From Tubulanus polymorphus (taxonomy: Eukaryota > Animalia > Nemertea): 64,000 nt of DNA. Both the position numbers and the translations under genes were made by a program. Under the pieces are notes generated by a model that was given only the letters and a program-made list of their open reading frames with translations, made no database searches and was not told the DNA's origin. Shown here in pieces: positions 1 to 9,899 of the stretch. Numbering within the stretch: the stretch's first letter is position 1; each line of letters opens with the position of its first letter. The stretch lies in the NCBI RefSeq assembly GCF_964204645.1, contig NC_134033.1, forward strand, positions 9,122,655-9,186,654. The letters are read 5' to 3'.

Positions 1-1
1 A

Positions 2-1240
2 TTTGATTGGAAGAAAAGAATCCTAGATATTGCAGATGATTCAGATATTGGTTACTTCTTCGTTGTAGATTTAGAATACCCTGAAAATATTAAATTCAAA
101 TCTAGAAATCTAGCATATTGTCCCGAACATAAAACTGTTAAACATGAAGAATTATCAAATTATCAAAAAAGAATTAAACCTGATAATCATATTCATACTG
201 AAAAGTTAATGGTAACTCAAGAAGATAAATATAATTACGTTGTGCATTATAGAATGTTGAAGTTTTATTTGAGACAAGGAATGATATTAAAAAAAGTACA
301 TAGATATATTTCATTCAGTCAATCTAAATGGTTAGAAAAATATATAGATTTTAATACTACACAGAGAACTAAATCTAAAACTGATTTTGAGAAGGATTTT
401 TTTAAGTTAATGAACAATGCGTTCTATGGTAAGACTTGTGAAAATATTAGAAATAGAAATGATATTGAGTTAGTTAGTAATGGTAAAAGGATAAGGCATT
501 TACAATCATATCCTAAGTTTATAGGTAACAGAATATTTGATGAAAATTTAGCAGCAGTTAAGATGAGAAGAACTTCAATGAAATTTAATAAACCAATTTA
601 TGTTGGAGCTGCAGTTTTAGAAATTTCAAAGCTATTGATGTATGAATTCTATTATAATGTATTACAACCACTTTTTGGAGAAAAACATATAGAAATATTA
701 TATTTTGATACAGATTCTTACATATTAAAGATAAAAACTGATAACATAACTGATGATTTAAAAACATTAAAACATCATTTTGATTTCAGTAACTATCCTA
801 AAGATCATGAATTGTTTAGCAATGATAATAAAAACGTTCCTGGGAAGTTTAAGGATGAATTAGGTGGTGAAGAAATGATAGAGTTCATTGGTATTAGATC
901 TAAAATGTATAGTTATAAAACTAAAACTCATGAAGCTAAAAAGTTAAAAGGAATTACCAAAAGCGTTGTTGAAAAGAATATTCATTTCAAAGATTACATC
1001 AATTGTATATTTAATGAAGAAGTTAGAAAACATAAGATGAAATGTTTAAGATCTGAAGATCATGAAATGTTTATTGAAGAAATTGAAAAGATAAGTCTAA
1101 ACCCATTTGATGATAAAAGATATATTTTAGATGATGGAATTCATACAGTTGCTTATGGTTGCAATTTAGATGAATACTTAAAATTTAAAAGAGAAGAAAC
1201 AAAAGAAAATGAGATTATGAAAAGGATTCTAGCGTGTTAA
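2..1240 (+). CDS. Protein-primed family B DNA polymerase, C-terminal part; intein-free allele
   Basis: Frame is open from base 2. Motif B KLMNNAFYGKT, motif C YFDTDS (701-718), GKFKDE, RSKMY, KLKGI and DDKR are typical of Polinton pPolB. Confidence 0.95.
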   Translation, partial: FDWKKRILDIADDSDIGYFFVVDLEYPENIKFKSRNLAYCPEHKTVKHEELSNYQKRIKPDNHIHTEKLMVTQEDKYNYVVHYRMLKFYLRQGMILKKVHRYISFSQSKWLEKYIDFNTTQRTKSKTDFEKDFFKLMNNAFYGKTCENIRNRNDIELVSNGKRIRHLQSYPKFIGNRIFDENLAAVKMRRTSMKFNKPIYVGAAVLEISKLLMYEFYYNVLQPLFGEKHIEILYFDTDSYILKIKTDNITDDLKTLKHHFDFSNYPKDHELFSNDNKNVPGKFKDELGGEEMIEFIGIRSKMYSYKTKTHEAKKLKGITKSVVEKNIHFKDYINCIFNEEVRKHKMKCLRSEDHEMFIEEIEKISLNPFDDKRYILDDGIHTVAYGCNLDEYLKFKREETKENEIMKRILAC

Positions 1241-1268
1241 TCAATTTCAATAAAAATTTGTATAATAA

Positions 1269-1610
1269 ATGGAGAGTAAACAAGTACACAGTGAATTCTT
1301 AGATAGAATTAAAGATACTTCAAGCGTCAAATCTGTAGATTATAAATTTAAAAAACTAACTGAGTTAACAATTCACAAGAAATATTTAATTACTAACATT
1401 GAAACAATTACTAATAAATATGGAGATAAATTAGTAATTCATTTAGAATATGAAGGATTAAAAGGAAATAAATATAAATTCAGAACTTATTTACCAGATA
1501 GATTTCATAGATTATCAAGTGAAGATCTAGAAGAATTATATTCTGGTGATTTCTATTTCATATATAAAGGTAAGAATGAAAAAGGGCACCATGAAATAGA
1601 TTTCGAATAA
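1269..1610 (+). CDS. Small viral protein, possibly OB-fold/SSB-like
   Basis: Intact 113-aa ORF with TAAATG start directly after PolB; beta-rich pattern (KYLITNIETITNKYGDKLVIHL...YLPDRF). The fold is inference. Confidence 0.55.
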   Translation: MESKQVHSEFLDRIKDTSSVKSVDYKFKKLTELTIHKKYLITNIETITNKYGDKLVIHLEYEGLKGNKYKFRTYLPDRFHRLSSEDLEELYSGDFYFIYKGKNEKGHHEIDFE

Positions 1611-1627
1611 GAAAATATGTAAAATAA

Positions 1628-2386
1628 ATGGTGGAATTAAAAGAATATAGAATATTTGTTGATTCTAGAAAACTTACAAATTATAAATCTCATAATTTAT
1701 TAGTACAATTAGATAGAGAATTTAAGAATTGTGTTGATTTAAAATTAGTAAATATAAGTTTATGTAATTCTTTTTACAATGTATCGGATAAGTCTATTGA
1801 ACATAGAGTCTTTTTAATTCATGATAGAAATAAAAGTAAATGGTTTCATCTTTATCTTAAACCAGGATTATATAATTTAGAAACATTAGCTCAAGAAATT
1901 AATAGAAGTGCTCGGTTGAAAATGGGTGCATCTGCTGGATTTGGATTAAGACTGATTAAAAGTGATAGTTCTGATAAAATAAGAATAAAATTAGGTAATG
2001 AAGATCAACATCAATTTCTAGTTAAAAAACCCTTAGCTAAAATTTTAGGAATAACCCCAGATGTAAGGATACGCAATGCTGATGCTACACCAAATATAAT
2101 GCCTTTTACACATTTTTATATTTATTGCAATTTAATCGATCCTACAAAAACATTCGAAGCAACTAAAGATATAACTTGTAATTCTGGTTTACTAAACATT
2201 TTACCATTGAAGAATGTTAAAGAATTTGGAACGCAAATAAATTATAATTTAACAGAATGTGATTTCAAACCATGCACTCCTCGTTTTAATAATTTTAGAT
2301 TAGAAATTAGAAATCATAATGGATACTTAATTGATTTAAATAATTTCCCTGTAATTTATGAATTAGTTATAAGATGTAGAGAGTAA
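1628..2386 (+). CDS. Minor capsid (penton-like, single jelly-roll) protein
   Basis: IFVDSR...LKLVNISLCNSFYNV N-terminus and YIYCNLI...LEIRNHNGYLIDLNN C-terminus resemble Polinton/PLV pentons; homologue at 55383. Confidence 0.75.
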   Translation: MVELKEYRIFVDSRKLTNYKSHNLLVQLDREFKNCVDLKLVNISLCNSFYNVSDKSIEHRVFLIHDRNKSKWFHLYLKPGLYNLETLAQEINRSARLKMGASAGFGLRLIKSDSSDKIRIKLGNEDQHQFLVKKPLAKILGITPDVRIRNADATPNIMPFTHFYIYCNLIDPTKTFEATKDITCNSGLLNILPLKNVKEFGTQINYNLTECDFKPCTPRFNNFRLEIRNHNGYLIDLNNFPVIYELVIRCRE

Positions 2387-2403
2387 TTTTTTTCACTATA
2401 TAA

Positions 2404-2745
2404 ATGAATATAACTGTTGGACCGAGTATATGTTTTGGGTTTGATTTTAAACATGGTAAAGAAATGAGAATTAAACTAAATGATGTAATTACTGATATAA
2501 AAAGTAAATCATTTAACAATGCGTCAATGATTAATAAAGAAAAGTATAATATAGAAAAAGTAATTGATTTAATTAAATCACCTTTAGAATATTATGAATT
2601 AAATGAAGATGGAATTATTGATGATATTAAAAACATATTATCCAAAATATATGATAATCATAAAACTAGTAATGAAATAAATGTTGAAATAATCATCACT
2701 AAGTTAACTAAATATTTTGATGATAGTAATTTTTTTGATAAATAA
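2404..2745 (+). CDS. Hypothetical viral protein
   Basis: TAAATG start; homologous to the N-terminal part of 56176-56745. Confidence 0.75.
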   Translation: MNITVGPSICFGFDFKHGKEMRIKLNDVITDIKSKSFNNASMINKEKYNIEKVIDLIKSPLEYYELNEDGIIDDIKNILSKIYDNHKTSNEINVEIIITKLTKYFDDSNFFDK

Positions 2746-2967
2746 ATGAGTGATAATAAGTGGATAATAACTGGATTATATAATGGCGCATTACTATCAG
2801 TTGGAACTGTTGGTTATTCAATGGTATTAAAAAAAGTATTCAAAATGGGAAGTGTTAATGTTGATAGATTTGATATCAATGATATTTTGAAATTAACGTT
2901 AGCAGTTACTTTATCTAATTTAACTATTGATTATTTGGAAAAACAAAAATATATTCCTCCCATATAA
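2746..2967 (+). CDS. Small predicted membrane protein
   Basis: Two hydrophobic segments; nearly identical to the C-terminal part of 56176-56745. Confidence 0.75.
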   Translation: MSDNKWIITGLYNGALLSVGTVGYSMVLKKVFKMGSVNVDRFDINDILKLTLAVTLSNLTIDYLEKQKYIPPI

Positions 2968-2991
2968 ATGCATAATTTTTTTGCTAAATAA

Positions 2992-3414
2992 ATGGCTTCT
3001 GCAATTATAACTATTATAGGATCGGCAATTGTTAACGCTTTAGCATTTACTGGTGGTGGTTATTTATTTAAACATATTGATAAAAATAGTTCATTAGGAG
3101 AACAAAGAAGACATAATTTAGCGTTAGAGAAATACAATAAAGCTGCAGAAGAATATAGAGAAAAGAGACAAAACTATATGGATTACATCAATAAAGAATT
3201 ATATGATCAGAAGATTTCACATAGAGATTTTCAATCAGTTGATGATGCAATGAGTTTATATAACGCAGTAACAAATAAAGAAAAATTACATCTATACAAA
3301 CCTAAATTATCAGATTATTATATCCCAAGTAAAGAACAACAGAAATATGAAATAATTTGGATTTTAGGTGGAACTGTTATTGTTATATTTGTTGCTTATA
3401 AATTTACTAATTAG
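2992..3414 (+). CDS. Predicted membrane protein with N- and C-terminal hydrophobic helices
   Basis: MASAIITIIGSAIVNALAFTGGGYLF and IIWILGGTVIVIFVAY; near-identical copy at 56770. Confidence 0.8.
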   Translation: MASAIITIIGSAIVNALAFTGGGYLFKHIDKNSSLGEQRRHNLALEKYNKAAEEYREKRQNYMDYINKELYDQKISHRDFQSVDDAMSLYNAVTNKEKLHLYKPKLSDYYIPSKEQQKYEIIWILGGTVIVIFVAYKFTN

Positions 3415-3433
3415 TAATTTTTTTTCTAAATAA

Positions 3434-3868
3434 ATGGAAGATAAAGTTGATAGTATTGATATTATTCCTCATGATATAAATAAAACTAAATTAAAAACAT
3501 ATTTAGAAAAACAAATATTAGAATTTGAAAGTGACTTAAAGATAAAAAAGAAAAAATATTTAAAAAGTAAAATTATATATTATTTGATTATAAGTGGTTC
3601 GGTTACAATTAGTTCTGTAATAACATTTCTAGCAATATTCAGCCCATTAACACCTTTAGCTATATCAATTGGTGTGTAAAGATTAAGTTCAAGTGTTTTA
3701 ACTGGTATAAGTTCAAAATTAAATATAAAAAGTAATAAAGAAAAAATAAAATCTAATATAAAAGAAATTAATAAATTAAAGAATACACTAGATTATATAA
3801 TAAGTTTAAATGGTCATATAACAGTTGAAGAACAAGATAAATTATTAAAAGAATTAATAAATTATTAA
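3434..3868 (+). pseudogene. Two-TM membrane protein with premature TAA (3677-3679)
   Basis: Colinear with the intact 144-aa ORF 57212-57646, which has TTA (Leu) at that codon. Confidence 0.85.
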
Positions 3869-3884
3869 TTTTTTAATTATATAA

Positions 3885-5267
3885 ATGGGGTTTCCAAAAG
3901 CTTTCCGATATAATAAATCAATTAAATATAATATTCCAGCAATAGATTTCAATAAAGATATTACATATAGAAATGAAGTTTTAGATTCATTAACTAATTT
4001 AGAAATTTATGTCACTGAAACTAATAATTTTAATGCAAAGATGGAAAATATATTTCATGTATATTTAATTAATTTTAAAAAATTGAAAGATGAAAAACAA
4101 TGGTTATTAAAATCTAATATGAAGTATTGGCAGAACCAATTAAATTTTGCTGTTTATTGTGCAACAACAGGATGTGGAATTAGTTGGAATGATCATTTGA
4201 ATAATTCTAAATATAAACTAATTCAAAGTTTATTTAGATTTCATACATACTTTCAAATCAGAATAATATTAAATGAATTAGAGTGTGCTTTACCAGGATC
4301 TAGATATTTTAAAGAATTAGATAATAATATTAATTTATCAAAGTTTTATAAAATTTGTAATGAATTTAATATAGATATAAATAATTCTGATTTTAGAACA
4401 AAAATTGGAACAATAAGATCACTTCCATGCCCTAGAAAGATTGCAGAATATTGTGCACTTCCCATACCATCTAATAGTTTTTATAATATCTATAATAATA
4501 AATTAGGTTATGGTAAAATAGAAACAAAGGATTTAGAAACATTAAATTTCAATAAATTACCAAAATTTTATGATAATTTAAAACAAGAAAACAATAATGG
4601 TTGGGTTTATTTTATTTTAGAAAATAGTGAAGGTTTTACTAAATCAGGTATAGAAAGAATAAATCAATCTATTAGAACTTATTTGATTTGTATTCTAGGA
4701 TCACAAGTTGAAACAAGATCACCGATAATTGGAAATTTGAATACATCATTCGATACACAAAAACAATTTAAAGTTTTATTTGAAGATTCAATTCATAATG
4801 ATAAAAATAGATCGATTCCAGAAAACATTATAAGATATCAAAATTATTTAGATAAATCACATATTAGATTAAATTATTGAATAGGCCCTAATCTATTAAT
4901 TATTTCTAATGATTTAGTATTGAAGATGGGAAATATAATTGGTTATAATAATCTAATTAAAACTGCAACAATAAATAATTCATTTGGATTGAATGATATA
5001 AATAAAAAGATTATTACTGCTCCAAAATTAATGGAAGGTGAAAAAAATAAAAAACATATTCAATCAACAGAAACTAAAACTAAGAATATTAAATTGGATA
5101 ATGATTCTAAAATAAAAGATTACAATACATCAGAAAATAATAGAACTGATAAAATTCAACATGATATAATTAAACTAAATGATGATAATAAATCCCATGA
5201 AAATACTAAATTAGCTATAACTTGTATAGGAATTGTAATCGGAGGAATATTATATTTTAAATTTTAA
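3885..5267 (+). pseudogene. Conserved ~460-aa viral protein with C-terminal TM; premature TGA (4878-4880)
   Basis: ORFs 3885-4880 and 4920-5267 are in frame and match the intact 57663-59051 (TGT, Cys, at that codon). Confidence 0.85.
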
Positions 5268-5283
5268 TTTTTTTATTATGTAA

Positions 5284-6876
5284 ATGGATGTAGAAGGTTG
5301 AGAAGATATTCCATTGGGTGACATGGGAAATAATAATGAAGGATATATTGATGATGATTGTAATGATGCAGAAACTAATATTGATAATGATGATGAATCA
5401 ACATATAATTCTAATTTAGCAGATAGTGGTTCTAAAGCCCCATCAACAGATGAATTTGATAGAAGAACTAGATCGAGAATACCTACTGAAAATTTAGACC
5501 CAGGTTTAAAAAAGGAAGATATATTGGATTTATATATAAGTTTCAAGATGTATTTAAAAAATCTGGATATAATATAAATGGTAGAGGCGCCAGACTTTTA
5601 GTACAAGAATTAAAATCTTTAGATGGTGAATATTATTATCATTTGAAAGATGATTATTATATTGATATCACTAATAAAAGGACAAGACGAAGTAAAATAT
5701 TAGCGGAATCAACTTTGGAAAATTTAGAAACATTTAGAATTAAGAAGAATAAGTATTAGTAATGAAATAACTGATGTTACACAAAAAGAAAGAGATGATA
5801 ATATAAGAGTATTTAGTCAAAAAATTGATGACTTATTTAAAATAATCGATGATAATCCAGAAACGGAAATGGAAGAGAATAGAGATCGATTAGATAAATT
5901 AAGATCTTCAACACCCGAAACATCTAGAAGAGATATTCAACAAATTGATAATGATTCAAATCAATTACAATTAGGAAAACATTTTGATAGCATGTTAGAT
6001 GCAATTCATTCATTTGACGAAGAGATGAATAGTATTTTAGATACACCCGGTACTGAAACTGGAATAAATCGAATACAATCTTTACTAGAAAAAGGATTAT
6101 TTGATTTAACTGATGATGAATTAGAAGCATTTCCTGAACAAGCACGTAGAGAAATTAAAGGTATGCAAGAATCAGCTGATAAAATTGCGCATGAAAAAAG
6201 TAAAAGAGATATTAAAATTAGATTTTTAGAAAAAGATAGAACTGATAAAAATAAAGAAATAGAACAATTAAAATTAGATAGAGATAATAAAGTTATTGAA
6301 GAAATTGAATTTAAAAAAAGAAATGCATATTTAGAAAAAGAAATTGATGATTTAGAATATAACATAGAATTACAAAAAGAAGAAATTAAATTATTATTAA
6401 AATCATATGATTATAATATTAATAGATTAAAAGTTATTTTCAAAGATTTGTTGATTAAACCAAATTCTGAAATATCATTAAAAGACAGAATAAAGTTATT
6501 ATTTAAATTAGAAGGAATAACAATTCTTTCAATTCTAACAGCTGTAACTATGGTATTTACAACAATTGGTTTAGCAATATCAAATGCTTTGAAATCTACT
6601 CCCACTCCCAATAAACCAGATAAACCCCCAGGTAATAATTCTATACAAGATAAAGTTAAAGATGGTTTAAAGAAATTAGCAAAATATTTATGGGAACTAT
6701 CTAAAAAATCTGCTGCAGCTTTACCAGGAGTTATTGCTTCAATTGTTGGTTTTATATTGAAATCTGCAGGTAATATTCTTAACTTTGCTGCTAAACATAT
6801 TATTTTATTTTTAATTACAGTTGTAAGTGCTATTATTTTTGGTTTAGTAAATATGATATCAAAAAATATCAAGTAA
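5284..6876 (+). pseudogene. Acidic / coiled-coil / multi-TM protein, disrupted
   Basis: TAAATG start MDVEG followed by TGA (GGA in the copy at 59068), then frameshifts; coiled coil and hydrophobic helices in 5869-6876. Confidence 0.8.
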
Positions 6877-6919
6877 ACCATGATATCAAAAAATAAATAA
6901 TTAATTTTTTGTTAAATAA

Positions 6920-8167
6920 ATGAGTGGGAGTTATATCAATCCTTCTAAGAATCATAGAATATCTAATGCTATTAAAGCAGAAAGATCACATCATATAATT
7001 ACTCATAACCCTTCAAATATTAATCCCGATGAAACTTTATACGTTAGAATCCCTCGATTAACACAAAATACTTTTTATGTTCCAAATAGTATTTATTTAT
7101 CAGCCGATATTAAAGTAATCGGTAATAATAATAATTATGTCGTTGATAATGTTGGAAGATATTTGATTAAAAAGTTAACAATAAAGATTGGTCCAGAAAC
7201 AGTTTTCTCATTAGATGATTATAATTTATTTATGCATTATAAAGATTTATGGTAAACTAAAGAAAATAGAAATAATATGATATTTCAAGGAATTCAATCA
7301 GAAAACCAAAATAAATTAAGATCAGAAGCGCATAATGCAATATTAACTAATGATGTAGATAAATTGATAAAAAGTATATATGGAAGTAAATATAAAATTC
7401 CATTAGACTTTGAATTGATAAATAATAATGCGCCTTTATATAAATACGCAATTCAAGAAGATATTATATTTGAGATAACATTTGCTCCTGTAAATGAAAT
7501 TGTATTATCTAGCGTTGTTAAAGATATGAGTTATAAATTATCGAATATATGTTTAGAATATGATACAGTAACTGATGAAAATATTTCAAGTATAATTCAA
7601 ACTCAATACAATCAAGGATTTTCATTATTATATGATTATATTGATAAATTTAAAACTGTAACTATTAATGCAAATGATGAAATAATTAATGAGAATATTA
7701 ACTTTCCTAGAAGATCTATTAAAGGTATATTAATATTTTTTACTATTGGAACGTATACTAATGGCGCAATAAATGTTGATAATTATTATAATCCTGAAAT
7801 AACAAAAGTAGAAATAACTATCGAAGGAATAGCAAATAAAATATTTTGTCAAGGAATGAGAATGATTGATCAATGGCCAGAAATTAGAAAACATTTTATG
7901 AATGAAAAAGTAAAATCATTTGAAAATTGTAACATTAATCAAATTGATTATTATACCGGTAATAAATATGCATTATGGTTAGATTTTAGAACAACAGAGG
8001 ATAACTTATTACATGGTTCTGGAAAAAAACTACAGAACACTAAAGATGGAATACAATTATTCATGACAAAGAAAAATGGAATCAAAAATTTTAAAATGCA
8101 CATTTATATTATATCTGACGCACAATTAAATATTATAAATTCACAATTAGATAGTGTTATGTATTAA
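6920..8167 (+). pseudogene. Major capsid protein (double jelly-roll), one nonsense codon at 7253-7255
   Basis: 415 codons, same length as 60549-61796; beta-rich pattern (LIKKLTIKIG, YKIPLDF, LSNICLEYD, ITKVEITIEG) and position next to integrase/ATPase. The fold is inference. Confidence 0.8.
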
Positions 8168-8199
8168 AATTTTAACTTTAATAAAAATATATATAATAA

Positions 8200-9129
8200 A
8201 TGGAAGGAGGTAAAGTATATAAACATATTCCATACATTGATACACATGAAAATAATGATGGTTTATATTATGTAATACCTTGTAATATAGCATTGATATT
8301 TGATCCTATTTTTAAAAATTATAAAACTAAACTGATAGAAATCGATAATAATAAAAGTGGTGTTGTTAATAATAGTGTAATTGATAATAATGTAATACCT
8401 ACTACATCTGTAATACCTACTACTACATCTGTAATACCTACTACACCTGTAATACCTACTACATCTGTAATACCCTCTACATCAAATAATATAATACCTT
8501 CTACATATAATAATGCAATAATATTAAATGTTAGTGAAAATAGAAATTATTGTGGTTATTGTAATGGTGAATTTTCAAACGCTCCATCAAATTGGAATAA
8601 ACATATGAATACAAATTCACATATTACTAATGTTATAGAACGTGTTGGTTTAAGAGAATTTATAGAACACCCATTTAGATATGTTACAAAGTTTGTTTCA
8701 AATAAAAAAGTAAATGGTAAAGAATTATATGAAGATTTTTTATTAGCAACACCTAATAAAGATGAATTAGATTTAACCGATGCTAATGAAATATTAGGAT
8801 CAAACACTGTAAATGAAATATTAGGAGCAAACACTAATAAAGATAATAATGAAAATGGTACCATACAGCACCCACATGGTGATATAGTTACAGGAAAGCG
8901 CATTGATAATAAAGATTCTATAAAACTTAAAGTAGAAAATAATGATAAATTTGATTGGATGAATAAGTTTAAAAATGAAACAACTATTGATGATTCGGTA
9001 AAAAAGGTGAAAAAGGTGAAAAAAAATTATAAAGATGTTGAAGAAGATTCGGTAGAGCATTTAAATATGTTGTTAGGGCCGTCTGATAGTGAAAGTGATT
9101 CAGAAATTAATTATCTAACACTCGAATAA
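8200..9129 (+). CDS. Accessory protein with VIPTTS repeats and a matrin/U1-type C2H2 zinc finger
   Basis: YCGYC...WNKHMNTNSH; tandem 18-21 bp repeats at about 8390-8500. Confidence 0.7.
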   Translation: MEGGKVYKHIPYIDTHENNDGLYYVIPCNIALIFDPIFKNYKTKLIEIDNNKSGVVNNSVIDNNVIPTTSVIPTTTSVIPTTPVIPTTSVIPSTSNNIIPSTYNNAIILNVSENRNYCGYCNGEFSNAPSNWNKHMNTNSHITNVIERVGLREFIEHPFRYVTKFVSNKKVNGKELYEDFLLATPNKDELDLTDANEILGSNTVNEILGANTNKDNNENGTIQHPHGDIVTGKRIDNKDSIKLKVENNDKFDWMNKFKNETTIDDSVKKVKKVKKNYKDVEEDSVEHLNMLLGPSDSESDSEINYLTLE

Positions 9130-9196
9130 TAAAGGTTGAAAATTGTATAAAATAATAGTAAATAAAAAAAGGGTTTTAATTATTTAAGGTACCTTA

Positions 9197-9265
9197 TAGG
9201 GTATCAGGTATTAGGGTATCAGGTATTAGGGTATCAGGTATTAGGGTATCAGGTATTAGGGTATC
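9197..9265. repeat. 15-bp tandem repeat (TAGGGTATCAGGTAT) x4.6
   Basis: Directly visible between convergent genes. Confidence 0.95.
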
Positions 9266-9287
9266 TAATACATAGGTATACAAATAG

Positions 9288-9899
9288 TTATTTTATAAAT
9301 TTATATTCATAGGGAAATTGTAATCTCAGTAATAATTTTGAACCTTTATTATTCTTTAATTTATTCATATATTCATCATGTAATTCAGGAGGTATAATTT
9401 GATTTTCTTCCAATGATTGTTGCATAGATTTTCTATCTTTGTTGTAGAATAAAACTAGAAATCTTATATTCTCTCTAAAAGCTTTCACAATTGAATTATA
9501 TTTCTGATTTAAAACCCAAGTTGTTATCCCAAAATGTCTTCCAGAGAAAGCTAAATAGCATAACTCACTTTCTCTAACTTTTGAATCATGTAAATCAGCG
9601 CAATCATCTATAATGAATAATGTATTTGATCCTTTATAAGTATCAATTGCTATTTTTATACAATTATCTAAATTTTCTTTTACTGTTTTAGGATCTAATA
9701 TAATAAACTTTTTTATCTTAACTATATCTCTATTATATGTTTTATTCATTTCATATGTAGGACAGAATAATATTATATTATCAAAATGATTCTTATAAAT
9801 AGTTTCTAACAAGTCTAATATGAAATGTGTTTTACCACAATTGGTTACTCCAGTTATTAACATATTATGTGGTTCAAATATAAATAAATCTTTATTCAT
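9288..9899 (-). CDS. A32/FtsK-HerA family genome-packaging ATPase
   Basis: Walker A GVTNCGKT, Walker B LFIIDD, SGRH motif, downstream Q sensor and FRENI. Confidence 0.93.
   Translation of the reverse strand: MNKDLFIFEPHNMLITGVTNCGKTHFILDLLETIYKNHFDNIILFCPTYEMNKTYNRDIVKIKKFIILDPKTVKENLDNCIKIAIDTYKGSNTLFIIDDCADLHDSKVRESELCYLAFSGRHFGITTWVLNQKYNSIVKAFRENIRFLVLFYNKDRKSMQQSLEENQIIPPELHDEYMNKLKNNKGSKLLLRLQFPYEYKFIK

Noticed and set aside
5250-6881. Minus-strand ORFs overlapping viral genes (also the antisense ORFs over Gypsy pol)
   Set aside because: Antisense shadows of real coding frames, with no motifs or TAAATG starts.
3677-7255. Alternative genetic code or programmed readthrough explaining in-frame stops
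   Set aside because: Stops replace different residues (Leu, Cys, Gly, Glu, Gln), differ between the copies and co-occur with frameshifts, which indicates ordinary decay.
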